Virus record (IMG/VR): IMGVR_UViG_3300050821_017570
Span: 123,140-187,139 of that record
Source of the DNA: a virus
Direction: 5' to 3' (one strand)
Length of the DNA: 64,000 nucleotides
The notes below the pieces were generated by a model. The model was not told the origin of the DNA and did not search any database. It saw only the letters and a list, made by a program, of their open reading frames with translations. Positions within the stretch are counted from its first letter, which is position 1; each line of letters opens with the position of its first letter. Made by a program: the position numbers and the translations under genes. Below are positions 49,854 to 59,036 of this stretch, in pieces.

Positions 49854-52184
49854 TTAGCCAGCGGTCGCGCCGATGACGAGGGTCAGAAGCCCGTTGTTGA
49901 GCGGGATACCGAAGTCGACATCAACCTGGCAGACTACCGTATCGAGTAGTGTGGCGTGCGGGCGCACGAACACGACGGACGAGTCGGGGCCGATCTGACC
50001 ACCAACACTTGGCGTGTAGTTGTAGGTGGTCAGGAAGGTGATACCAGCGTTCAGGGTAGCCTGGATCTGATTGAGGTTCGAAGGCACTACACTGGTGACA
50101 CCAATGTAGGGAGCGACGAGCGCCAACAGATAGTAGCTGCACGAGTCGGCATTGCAGATGATGTTGTCTTCCGCATGCAGGGTATCGGCGATATCGGTCG
50201 TCAGCTGCTTGACCGTGTAGACCACACCGGCAGGCGTCTGGCTAACACACCAACCACCGTAGTTGAGGATCGTGCTGATGTAGGGGTTGTAGATGCCGGT
50301 CGACTCCGACATGTTATCCCAGTCGAGAACCTGAACGTTCGTCAGGCCCTGCTGGGGCGGAACCCATGAGCGAATCGCGGCGAGCGAGCAGGCCAGATAG
50401 TAGTTCGGAACCTGAACGCCAAGGCGGCCAGGATTGAACGGGAACACACTGGTCAGACGGACATCCGACATGGCCTGCACCTGGGTACCCCAAGCGGCAA
50501 TGGTCTGTGCGGGAGTCAGGTTACGCCAGATCTGATAGATCGAGGCAACCGCCACGGGGCTGGAAGGACCGGCAACTAGTCGGAGCTGGGTGTTGGACAG
50601 TACGACCAGCACCTGATAGGTCACGTGGGTGACGTTACCCCAGCCATCGGTCGTGAAACCAGCATAGAACAGGTCACCAGGCAGGATACCCGTGGTGACG
50701 AACGTGGCCGAGCTGTCGGTCACGAGCGTGTACTGGGTTCCGGGAGCCGCTGGGTCGAGCGTGATGGTCGCACTACCCGAGGAGATCTCGTTGATGTAGG
50801 TAGGCGCGAGCCCGCACATCGTGGTGGCCCATAGGTTGCGAGTCTGAGTGGACCGCTCGTCAGCCGCCGCCTGAACCGCAGAGATGATCGACAGATCCTG
50901 AGTCAGAGGTACGAACCGCCAGAAGCCGGTCTTGTTGGTGAGCGCCAGTAGGGCCGCCTGGTAGCCAGCCAGATCATCGGACTGGACCGGAATGCACATG
51001 ACGGTCTGACCGTTCGCATTCGATAGCGCACGGTTCACACCATACGTCATCCCAGCGGACGGAACGTCGACGTTACCGAGGAAGGTAGCCACGTCAGTCG
51101 CATCGGTGATCGACAGCAGAACGTTGGCATTCTGGGTCCGAAGCGCACGATAACCGACATAAGCGGTGCCGGACTCGATCGCACAAACCGTACTGGGGAA
51201 CCGATCGGTACCCGGAACCATCATGGCGGCAGCCAGCGTAATCGTGCTGGTGGCGACCGTGTAGTTGTAGTTGGGTGGCGAACCAGCCTTCTCGATCGGA
51301 ACGACGATGTTCTGGACTTCCGCTAGCTCAACTTTCAGCGCGATACCCTGGAGGGTTGAGGTCACCACATCCGCCAGCGCGAGCGTCTGAATCGCTCCAA
51401 CCGTCGCCGCAGTCGCGGCGATCGTCCACTGATCACCCAGGACGAGCGTGTGGGTATTGCTGGAGCCGAACGTCACCGTCACGCCCAACGTACCGATCGA
51501 GATCGGGGTGCCCGAGGTGACTGCGTATGGGCCACCAACGTCGACTGCGTTGTTGGTCGTGACGCTCACCTTGGCAGATCCGTTGATCAGACCAGCGGTC
51601 GTGACCGTGATGATGTAGGTGGTGTTCTGGGTACCGATGTAGGTACCGCCCGACGATGCCGTGGCGGTCGAGGTCGGAGACCCAACCGGAGTAGCGGAGC
51701 CGATTGTGGCGGCCACGACGTTGGGGATAAGCCCAACAACCGACGACACCTGGATGGCCGGAACCGTATGGGTGGGATCGCTGAGCCGAACCCAGTCACC
51801 CACCGCAACGTTGCCCGGAGGACCAGAGAAATCATAACCATTGCCGGTGGCCCAGATGGTGGTCGGGCTGGCGATTTGGTGCTCATTCAGACTAACGGAT
51901 TCGGTACTCGACAGGTCAGTGTAGTAGAGCTGAGCCGCTTGGTCCATATTGACCACAACGCTCGCCGGATCGACAATCTCACCAACCGCAAGGCCAGGCC
52001 AGCTGGCTTCAAACGTAGTGCCGGCAACATAAGCGCCGATACCGATAGCCGACTTATTGATGGTGTAGGAGTTAACGACGTAGTCGGGTCCAATGATGAT
52101 GGCCAACAGGTTCGGAACGGCAGCGCTCGCAACCTGGGCATACGTCTGCTGGATTTCGAACTGCGGAATGACCTGAGTGACCAT
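49854..52184 (-). CDS. tail sheath protein with an inserted Ig-like domain
   Basis: 776 aa; C-terminal sheath core (YYLACSLAA..PQQGLTN..; VKQLTTD; ..DFGIPLNN). Confidence 0.85.
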   Translation of the reverse strand: MVTQVIPQFEIQQTYAQVASAAVPNLLAIIIGPDYVVNSYTINKSAIGIGAYVAGTTFEASWPGLAVGEIVDPASVVVNMDQAAQLYYTDLSSTESVSLNEHQIASPTTIWATGNGYDFSGPPGNVAVGDWVRLSDPTHTVPAIQVSSVVGLIPNVVAATIGSATPVGSPTSTATASSGGTYIGTQNTTYIITVTTAGLINGSAKVSVTTNNAVDVGGPYAVTSGTPISIGTLGVTVTFGSSNTHTLVLGDQWTIAATAATVGAIQTLALADVVTSTLQGIALKVELAEVQNIVVPIEKAGSPPNYNYTVATSTITLAAAMMVPGTDRFPSTVCAIESGTAYVGYRALRTQNANVLLSITDATDVATFLGNVDVPSAGMTYGVNRALSNANGQTVMCIPVQSDDLAGYQAALLALTNKTGFWRFVPLTQDLSIISAVQAAADERSTQTRNLWATTMCGLAPTYINEISSGSATITLDPAAPGTQYTLVTDSSATFVTTGILPGDLFYAGFTTDGWGNVTHVTYQVLVVLSNTQLRLVAGPSSPVAVASIYQIWRNLTPAQTIAAWGTQVQAMSDVRLTSVFPFNPGRLGVQVPNYYLACSLAAIRSWVPPQQGLTNVQVLDWDNMSESTGIYNPYISTILNYGGWCVSQTPAGVVYTVKQLTTDIADTLHAEDNIICNADSCSYYLLALVAPYIGVTSVVPSNLNQIQATLNAGITFLTTYNYTPSVGGQIGPDSSVVFVRPHATLLDTVVCQVDVDFGIPLNNGLLTLVIGATAG

Positions 52185-52205
52185 CGGGTTTATCTCTCTG
52201 AAAAA

Positions 52206-52991
52206 TCAGCTTACACTGAGGTTAAAGGTCTTTAGGGCAGGTGCTAGAGGTTGAAGCGCCCATGCGTACTCGTAGACGTACGTCACCGTGATCGGCACCG
52301 CAATGATATTACCCTGGTCCTCCAGAACCCCTAGGACACCTAATTTGGTGACTTGGAAGTCATGGAACGGATTACGAAGCCGCAACGCTGGGGATAAGAA
52401 ATTCAAGCAATCGAACACTTCAAGCGCAAGATCCTCAGCTTCCCCATCGGCCTCCGTGGTACACATGATGGTGTGCGAACCCGTGATCATCCGAACGTAC
52501 GACGATATCCCTAGCTGCTGAGCCCGCTTATCGATGGCCCCAAGGTCATCTCCGATCGTGATGCGAGACGGAACCTGCTCCCCACGAGTAAAAACAATCG
52601 CCGGGTAAAGGCCAGCTTGGGTGGGGTCGAAATGCGTATTCTGGACGATACGAATCTTTGTGGTGCTATCAGTCCGGTACACGTATTGCTGAAGATTCTC
52701 AGTCATGATGAGATTCGGATTGGCGAAGTGATTCGACACAATCGTCATCAGGACCGCACTGGTGAGTGATGGGCTCATCCCATACTGACACAGCGTATGG
52801 AGATCGTTGAGATTATGGTACTGAGTGTAGCCTGGGCTACCCGGACCAACCGGACCGGTTGGCGCCGTCACCGGAGCATTCAGATCGGTCTGGGTACCGT
52901 TGACCCCAACCGGGCCGGGAGGACAGGTTTCGTTTCCCATTATGATACCACTTTGGGCCTGACCCGATGCTTGGGAAGCATCTTCAGACAC
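52206..52991 (-). CDS. tail completion/terminator-like protein
   Basis: Between the neck and sheath genes; YPAIVFTRG motif. Confidence 0.55.
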   Translation of the reverse strand: MSEDASQASGQAQSGIIMGNETCPPGPVGVNGTQTDLNAPVTAPTGPVGPGSPGYTQYHNLNDLHTLCQYGMSPSLTSAVLMTIVSNHFANPNLIMTENLQQYVYRTDSTTKIRIVQNTHFDPTQAGLYPAIVFTRGEQVPSRITIGDDLGAIDKRAQQLGISSYVRMITGSHTIMCTTEADGEAEDLALEVFDCLNFLSPALRLRNPFHDFQVTKLGVLGVLEDQGNIIAVPITVTYVYEYAWALQPLAPALKTFNLSVS

Positions 52992-53079
52992 AGCGGTGCC
53001 GAATGAACCGGTTTCACCTCTATGGAGGGCTTGGTCTCAATCCGAGGCGTATCGGTCTGCCGGAAGACTGGTCGTCGTT

Positions 53080-53922
53080 TCATCGGATCCTATACGGATT
53101 GGTCTGGTTGACCGGCAGCGGTGTGGGGATCTGGTAGACGATGTTCTCCAGTGCTAGTTCGGTAAGCCGCACGTTAAGCACGAGGTCGATTCCGCGATGA
53201 CGGGCCGTAGCCTCGATATCGGAGTTGATGCGGAACCGGCGATTCGGGTCAGCCTGAACCCAGATGTCATCACCCTCTGGGGCCGGCCATGCGAGGCACC
53301 GGCCCGTCTCCACCACAGCTGCGATAACACCCTGGTCGGGTGTGAGGCGCTTCATCCGCTGGGCTGGATTCATCGTCATGTAGAAGAGAAGCGGATCGTA
53401 GTAGCCACCCACGATGCCGGTCCCGTAGCAACTCAAACAGTGTGAATCCTGGATCGCATCAGTATTGGGGTTCACGCATTCCGTACACGGGGTACCCCAC
53501 CAGCGACGTTTCAGCAGGTATCCTGTCGTACCTGCCTTGCGGGTCTGGATCAGCAGCTCTTTGCGCACGATCTCGCGCATGAGCCGCCAATCGTAGTGGT
53601 TCCAGTCCTGGAACAGATTCACTGGTTGGCTGGTATGCTGGACCCCGCGTCCGTCCGTCAGTATGACACGATAGAAGGTAGACCGCTCGTGTTGCCCCAT
53701 AATGGGGTTGTTGTCATACAACCACGGTTGATCGACCGTCTGGCTAATGTCGACCCATTGGTCATCCGTAACAGATCGACCGCGCTGAAGCAGGAACGTG
53801 TATGGACCAGGCGCGACGAAGTCCTCATTCAGGTCCCAATAGACGAGAATCGACTGGGTCGTCAGCATATTGAAATGCGACTCTACCCGAAGGCGCTTAA
53901 ATGGCCTACTGTCGGCTGGCAT
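53080..53922 (-). CDS. neck / head-closure protein with an N-terminal FN3-like region and a Zn finger
   Basis: VYWDL..FLLQRG; CTEC..C.SCYGTGIVGGYY. Confidence 0.6.
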   Translation of the reverse strand: MPADSRPFKRLRVESHFNMLTTQSILVYWDLNEDFVAPGPYTFLLQRGRSVTDDQWVDISQTVDQPWLYDNNPIMGQHERSTFYRVILTDGRGVQHTSQPVNLFQDWNHYDWRLMREIVRKELLIQTRKAGTTGYLLKRRWWGTPCTECVNPNTDAIQDSHCLSCYGTGIVGGYYDPLLFYMTMNPAQRMKRLTPDQGVIAAVVETGRCLAWPAPEGDDIWVQADPNRRFRINSDIEATARHRGIDLVLNVRLTELALENIVYQIPTPLPVNQTNPYRIR

Positions 53923-53923
53923 G

Positions 53924-54790
53924 TTAGATCTGATCCGACCACGCGAGATCCATGTTGAGCTGAACCTTCTTGTGGATCATCCACTGGCGGAACTCTTGAT
54001 CGAGTTCCTGAGCAATCGCCGTGTATTGCTGTTGCTTGTTCTGATCGTCGATCGTGATACCACCCGCCTGATAGTTCAGCTGGTTACGGGCATACTTCTT
54101 TGCCGCGATCTTATAGAGCAGCGCACCAGTTCCTCGGATCCAATGGTACCGGTAGGGAAAGTTATGTACCGTGAATCGATAAATCGGAGGCGGTGTTTCG
54201 TTCCAGATGTCGATGACCTGGCGGATACAGAACATAATTTCTGCGTCGGTAAACTCCAGGGCATCCAACAGACTGACCTCTTCGATGTTGAGGTCGCCAA
54301 GACTCAACCTGATTTCCGGAATCGTGAGAGGCCCATTCTCATTGAGACGAATGAACGCGGTCGGTTCGACGGCGATGAAAACCTGCCAGGTGTCGATGAG
54401 GATGCGATTCACCCCGCTACCGATGAATCGACCGACCTCAGCCTTGTAGATGCCGGGGTGACGGGTATCCGATTGGTCGAGTTGGAAGCTCACCAACCCC
54501 TTGCAGTCATCGGCCAGGATGGTTCCCTCGACGTCGAATTGCGGACAACCGTCATAAAACTCATCCACAGCCCGCAAACGTACCGATACGATATTCGGGT
54601 TAATCAGTGGCTGTGGTTGGAAATCCGGCTTTGGGGCTGGTGGATTCACCGGCTCCTGCTGAAGGTTGACCGGACGATCTTTGTCGTCCACCAGACGGAA
54701 CACGAGCTGTTTCCGCCCACCCATTGAGATGCGGGTCGACTTGACCTTATCGGTTCGAGACGGCGGCTGGAGTTCGATCGGGTCGATCAT
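53924..54790 (-). CDS. neck / head-tail adaptor protein
   Basis: EFTDAEI..WNETPP..RNQLNYQAGGITIDD. Confidence 0.65.
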   Translation of the reverse strand: MIDPIELQPPSRTDKVKSTRISMGGRKQLVFRLVDDKDRPVNLQQEPVNPPAPKPDFQPQPLINPNIVSVRLRAVDEFYDGCPQFDVEGTILADDCKGLVSFQLDQSDTRHPGIYKAEVGRFIGSGVNRILIDTWQVFIAVEPTAFIRLNENGPLTIPEIRLSLGDLNIEEVSLLDALEFTDAEIMFCIRQVIDIWNETPPPIYRFTVHNFPYRYHWIRGTGALLYKIAAKKYARNQLNYQAGGITIDDQNKQQQYTAIAQELDQEFRQWMIHKKVQLNMDLAWSDQI

Positions 54791-54948
54791 GTGAGCTTCC
54801 GCAGGGTCGTCAGATGGGTTTGCTGGCGAGGCACCACCGGAGCGGTCTTGGTCCGGGTGACGCCATTTTTATCAGGCAGCGTATCCAGCTGTAACTGGGT
54901 GGCCGCACTCTTACTGAGGAGCCGATAGAGAAGCTGGGTTGCCTGCAC
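54787..54948 (-). CDS. 53-aa mini-protein (not in the ORF track)
   Basis: VQATQLLYRLLSKSAA...RKLT*; fills the gap exactly, with an ATGA overlap. Confidence 0.6.
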   Translation of the reverse strand: MQATQLLYRLLSKSAATQLQLDTLPDKNGVTRTKTAPVVPRQQTHLTTLRKLT

Positions 54949-54949
54949 G

Positions 54950-55660
54950 TTACACCGGGTTGATGGTGGTGGTGCCGTAATCGATGGTCTGGTCGAGCGT
55001 TCTCAGATAGGCGAGTGCGGCGGCTATCTTCGCGAGATTTTTGACTTCCCAGTCCGCAGCCGCGGCGACTGCCCAAGCGGTCTGATTGGCTACATAGAAA
55101 GCCTGAGAAACCTGGAGACCATCAACCAGTTGCTGCAGGTTTTGGAGAACCATCACACCACTCGGGTTGGCCATCGTGATACCGTAGGTACCACCGAAGT
55201 CGATCATCTGTGGCTGATACTCTGATACGAGGTTCTGGTCCACTGGGTTCAGGAACACCTGGAGCTGGGCCGTAATAACGCCACCCGCACCAGTCAGCAT
55301 GAGCGACCGGACGCAGCTGAGTGGGTAGGCTGAGCTGGGGGTGCCGACCTGCGAAGCGTTGGTTACCACAACGTTGGTAAAGGTAGCCACCGGGTTGCTG
55401 GCGTTGTTCCAGTCACCAACCGAGGCATCGTAGGATACGGTAATGGCAGTGTTGTAGGCAGGTCCACCAGCGACCGTGAGGACGACAAAGTTGCCAGACG
55501 CGGCAGCCGATACGATCGCCAGGGGTGCGGAGTTCGCGGTTAACGACACACCGGTCGTGTAGCTGGCCGAACTAACCGGTACCTGAAAGATCAGCGTGAT
55601 GTTCTGGGGAATGGTCTGGGTGAGCGCACACACCGCAGCCTGAAGCACGGGGACTGTCAT
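54950..55660 (-). CDS. virion protein with an N-terminal SwmB-like Ig domain
   Basis: L..A.V....ITLIF.......V.SAAASGNFVVLTV......ITVSY....N.VATF....VTN pattern. Confidence 0.55.
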   Translation of the reverse strand: MTVPVLQAAVCALTQTIPQNITLIFQVPVSSASYTTGVSLTANSAPLAIVSAAASGNFVVLTVAGGPAYNTAITVSYDASVGDWNNASNPVATFTNVVVTNASQVGTPSSAYPLSCVRSLMLTGAGGVITAQLQVFLNPVDQNLVSEYQPQMIDFGGTYGITMANPSGVMVLQNLQQLVDGLQVSQAFYVANQTAWAVAAAADWEVKNLAKIAAALAYLRTLDQTIDYGTTTINPV

Positions 55661-55700
55661 ACCTAGTATCCTAGGCGGCGCGGTCGATGGGACAATCAGC

Positions 55701-56639
55701 CTAGCTGGCTGACGTCACCACAAGGGCCGGATTGGTGGCCAACGCACTGCTGCCAGCCTTGTCGAGGCGTTCGGCCTCTGCAGCCACGCGAAGGCACATC
55801 AGGACGATTTGGTCGCGCATCTGGTCGATCTTCTGGTTGTCCGTCAGTACCCCGTCGCCCGAAATACGACCCACCTCGCTGTAGAGCCGGCTCAGCACTT
55901 GTCGGCACCAGCTGTCCAGAAAGATGCGCTGGGAGGGTGCATCGATATCGTGACGTGAAAGGTCGGACCGGATGTCGTTAAGCACACGATCAAGCTGGCT
56001 CAGTGAGCGAACCCGCACCAATGCGAGGTCACCAATCATGTCGCCAGTCGCCAGGCCGCGCATGTGTTGGTACCAGCGTTTGGTAAACTCATCCAGACAG
56101 GTACGGAGTACAGGATCGGTCAGTTCGGGAACCGTAGCTTCTAGGATCGTTACCATGTCACGGATCGCAGCCGCGGCCCCAGGATCCTCCGCCACATTGA
56201 TGCCCCAGGCCTTGGCACTAGATCCAACGATCTTCAGGATTTGGGCCGCATAGGGGATCGGAAGCCCTAGTAGGACAAGGTTCTCCATGATGGAGAGGAC
56301 TTCAGTCGCTGAGAGCAGCCCTATGGCGGCGAAGGTTACGAAATCCGTATGAAGGACATTGTGCTCACATACCGCGACCGTACAGATGAACACCACATAC
56401 AGAATCAGTTTGGCGAAACCACGTCGCATCCCATAGCTGGATAGCGTTTTGGTCTTACAGGCGACCCAGACGCCACACCCGAGATCGATACAGAATAACG
56501 TGATCAACCCACTCAGCGCTGCCGCCTGAGGCGCTAGTGCGGCCAACAGGATACCAATGATGACTTTGACCCAAAAGACCTGCAGGATCTTTTGACTATA
56601 GTAGACGAGCTGTGACAGCAATCCGACCCCTATGCCCAT
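55701..56639 (-). CDS. holin (phage holin family 4-like) with an extra C-terminal soluble domain
   Basis: IDLGCGVWVA..LSSYGMRRGFAK..TEVLSIMENLVLLGLPIP, then about 170 helical residues. Confidence 0.75.
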   Translation of the reverse strand: MGIGVGLLSQLVYYSQKILQVFWVKVIIGILLAALAPQAAALSGLITLFCIDLGCGVWVACKTKTLSSYGMRRGFAKLILYVVFICTVAVCEHNVLHTDFVTFAAIGLLSATEVLSIMENLVLLGLPIPYAAQILKIVGSSAKAWGINVAEDPGAAAAIRDMVTILEATVPELTDPVLRTCLDEFTKRWYQHMRGLATGDMIGDLALVRVRSLSQLDRVLNDIRSDLSRHDIDAPSQRIFLDSWCRQVLSRLYSEVGRISGDGVLTDNQKIDQMRDQIVLMCLRVAAEAERLDKAGSSALATNPALVVTSAS

Positions 56640-56684
56640 ACTGGATCTTACGGCTCTTGGGAGACCTGGTAACCCTGTGAGGCC

Positions 56685-57113
56685 TTAGTGGCTCTCAGGT
56701 TCGTCGGATGGTGGGTATGGGTCGGTTTGAACACGTTTTGGCTCAAGTGGGCGAAACGACACCCGTTCGTACCTGCCAAGTGTTTCGGCCTCATGGTGAT
56801 GGGCCCGCAAGTGCTCACGAGCCGCCAGGATGAGTGATGCGGTTTCAGATGTCACGGCGGTGAGTGCGCCTTTCTCGCGCATCTCACCAATCAGACAGAC
56901 CAACGCGGCGAGTGATTCACCCAGTAGGCGAAGCGTGGTGTCGTGATCGGTTGGGGTGGGATCCTGGACCTGTACGGTGGTGGTGTGATCGAGTTGGCTC
57001 AGTAGCCGCCTGGCTTCTTTCACCTCAATCGCTGCGGCATCGATTTGCTGGTACGATGCCTGAAGACCATGGAAGAGGTCGTTCAGCAACTGCTTGGTCT
57101 GGTCGAGTGCCAC
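56685..57113 (-). CDS. hypothetical helical protein
   Basis: 142-aa ORF. Confidence 0.6.
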   Translation of the reverse strand: MALDQTKQLLNDLFHGLQASYQQIDAAAIEVKEARRLLSQLDHTTTVQVQDPTPTDHDTTLRLLGESLAALVCLIGEMREKGALTAVTSETASLILAAREHLRAHHHEAETLGRYERVSFRPLEPKRVQTDPYPPSDEPESH

Positions 57114-57115
57114 GA

Positions 57116-57325
57116 CTAGAGCCGGCTGATAAAGAATTCGATGGCCTGGCGATCTTCTGGAGAGAGGCGCTCTTGATATGTGTGGTAGAGATCCAATACG
57201 ATGATTTTATTCATATTGGTTTGACCACCCTGTTGGGACGCAGCCTCAGCCGCCACCAGTTTGATCAGTCGATGGAGTTGCTCTGGCAAACGAGCGTTAA
57301 AGGCCTTACCAGCGGGGGTACCCAT
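57116..57325 (-). CDS. Arc/HicB-like ribbon-helix-helix DNA-binding protein
   Basis: KAFNARLPEQLHRLIKLVAAE...NMNKIIV. Confidence 0.75.
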   Translation of the reverse strand: MGTPAGKAFNARLPEQLHRLIKLVAAEAASQQGGQTNMNKIIVLDLYHTYQERLSPEDRQAIEFFISRL

Positions 57326-57328
57326 ACG

Positions 57329-57628
57329 TTACTCTCTAGGGTCAGTTTCGTCACTCGGGTCTGGATTGGTATAGGGGGAGAGGGGACCGGTCTGGTTGGG
57401 AGCGTTTGGTTCGCTCACCTGTGGGTCACACGGATCAATGTAAACGATCGAGACGTACCGGTGAGCCAGTAGGGCACGCGCCGAGTTGGTGCGGAAATAC
57501 GCTCTCGCGTCGCCCTGTACCTCAAGCACCTGTGGGCCGACCCGACCGGGCATCCACGGAAGCTTGCAGGCGTGGTGGACCGTTACGATGCTGAATGGGT
57601 GTTTGTGAGATACGATCCGGGCCGTCAT
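57329..57628 (-). CDS. hypothetical protein
   Basis: Start at MTARIV via ATGA overlap. Confidence 0.55.
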   Translation of the reverse strand: MTARIVSHKHPFSIVTVHHACKLPWMPGRVGPQVLEVQGDARAYFRTNSARALLAHRYVSIVYIDPCDPQVSEPNAPNQTGPLSPYTNPDPSDETDPRE

Positions 57629-57942
57629 GTCGGGCCATCCAGAAACTTCATCAGGTCGTATGGACACAGTTCATTGTAGGAACGTGAGGCACACCAACGG
57701 TAGTAGGAATCGGTCAGATCGGGGGTGTACCAATAGCCGATAAGTGCGTGTTGGCACGTACGGATCGTACCAGCCGGTGTCTCCCTGAACCAATCCGCCG
57801 ATGCCATCGAGACGATACCTTTGGCCTGTATGAGACCCCTATGCCAGGGATGCGTACTGGTAGCACTCGTGATACGCAATCGCTGGCCTTGAATACGAAG
57901 CTGCCAGGTCTGGCCGGGACGAAGCGGTGGTAGTGTGGCCAT
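57625..57942 (-). CDS. hypothetical protein with an LRPGQTW motif
   Basis: Start at MATLPP, 10 nt after the tRNA 3' end. Confidence 0.6.
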   Translation of the reverse strand: MATLPPLRPGQTWQLRIQGQRLRITSATSTHPWHRGLIQAKGIVSMASADWFRETPAGTIRTCQHALIGYWYTPDLTDSYYRWCASRSYNELCPYDLMKFLDGPT

Positions 57943-57952
57943 GGCTTCCAAA

Positions 57953-58028
57953 TGGTCGCGGGATCCGGATTTGAACCGGAACAGTGGCCTTATGAGGGCC
58001 GTGATCTACCAGATTAATCTATCCCGCA
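57953..58028 (-). tRNA. tRNA with CAU anticodon, initiator(fMet)-like, with encoded CCA
   Basis: TGCGGGA TA GATT AATCTGGTA GATC A CGGCC CTCATAA GGCCA CTGT TCCGG TTCAAAT CCGGA TCCCGCG A CCA (76 nt). Confidence 0.9.
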
Positions 58029-58034
58029 ATGCTG

Positions 58035-58154
58035 TTAGACCTTTTTAGGTTTATGAAGGCGAGCCAGCTTGTCTAGGACCGAATCACAGGCCAACACTGG
58101 GCGTTTGGCGGCTGCCGTCTTGAGGAGCTGGTAGAGAACCCGAGTGTGCTTCAT
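58035..58154 (-). CDS. 39-aa mini-protein (not in the ORF track)
   Basis: MKHTRVLYQLLKTAAAKRPVLACDSVLDKLARLHKPKKV*; resembles 54787..54948. Confidence 0.55.
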   Translation of the reverse strand: MKHTRVLYQLLKTAAAKRPVLACDSVLDKLARLHKPKKV

Positions 58155-58163
58155 ACGTGTAGG

Positions 58164-58916
58164 TTAAGCCTCCGTAGCGGCTTGGACAGGCTGGTGAGCT
58201 TCTAGATAGGCTGCGGCCTTACGAAGCAGGGCCGGGGAGTCTGCATAGTGCCCCAGTCCTTGGTTACACGAAAAGCATGCCAGCTTGCGGATAGCACCAG
58301 TCTTATGGTCATGGTCGACACATAGATGTACGTTGCCATAATTACGATCAGACTCGGGCGTTGCTCCGCAGATAGCACATTTATTATCCTGTAATTGACA
58401 GATTTTGTCATACTGAGCAGCGTCGATTTTATATGTAATTTGGCGATGCTTATGACTGATACAGACCTTACAAATCGAATCACGCCCAGACTTTAACTGA
58501 TTATTTACATAAAAATCAGCTATTGGTTTCCACTCAGCGCAATGGGTACACTGAGCTTCACCTTTATCGTTTGTAGGCGGTGGTAGTTGGCCACGTGAAC
58601 GCATTACCACACCGTTCTTCATTAAGAACTCACGTGCCGTCCATACAGAAACTCCGTAGTCGTCTGAAATAGTTTCGAGCGTTTCACCGGTCTTATAACG
58701 CTCGATGACGTGGGCAGGATTCGACTGTATGACTTCTTTCCATAGCGGTGATAGCCGAGCGTCATGTGGTTTACGGGCCTGCACACCGTTTTTTCTCAGA
58801 ATGGTATCAACGGTATTTCTTGATACCCCAGTCTGTTCAGCTGTGGCAACGGTGGACTGCCCACTTTGGTAGATAGTAACGATCTTGGCTGCAATTTCTG
58901 GAGTGACTCGCGGCAT
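58164..58916 (-). CDS. free-standing homing endonuclease: two HTH repeats plus an endonuclease VII-type domain
   Basis: QDNKCAICG..LCVDHDHKTGAIRKLACFSCNQGLGHYADSPALLRKAAAYL; low GC. Confidence 0.85.
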   Translation of the reverse strand: MPRVTPEIAAKIVTIYQSGQSTVATAEQTGVSRNTVDTILRKNGVQARKPHDARLSPLWKEVIQSNPAHVIERYKTGETLETISDDYGVSVWTAREFLMKNGVVMRSRGQLPPPTNDKGEAQCTHCAEWKPIADFYVNNQLKSGRDSICKVCISHKHRQITYKIDAAQYDKICQLQDNKCAICGATPESDRNYGNVHLCVDHDHKTGAIRKLACFSCNQGLGHYADSPALLRKAAAYLEAHQPVQAATEA

Positions 58917-58967
58917 AGATATATCCTTTTGTTATTGCCCACTATATGATCCAATAATAGAAGGCAA

Positions 58968-58999
58968 CAAAAATCCCTCAGAGAAATGCTCTGAGGGAT
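58968..58999 (-). terminator. rho-independent terminator after the capsid gene
   Basis: ATCCCTCAGAG-CATTT-CTCTGAGGGAT followed by TTTTGTT. Confidence 0.8.
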
Positions 59000-59036
59000 C
59001 TTCGATCTAACTCGTTTTATAAGTTAGAGTTACAAA

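Noticed and set aside
37454-52184. Extracellular contractile injection system or T6SS
   Set aside because: The tube, sheath and spike resemble these systems, but capsid, scaffold, prohead protease, neck and holin genes on the same strand indicate a complete phage.
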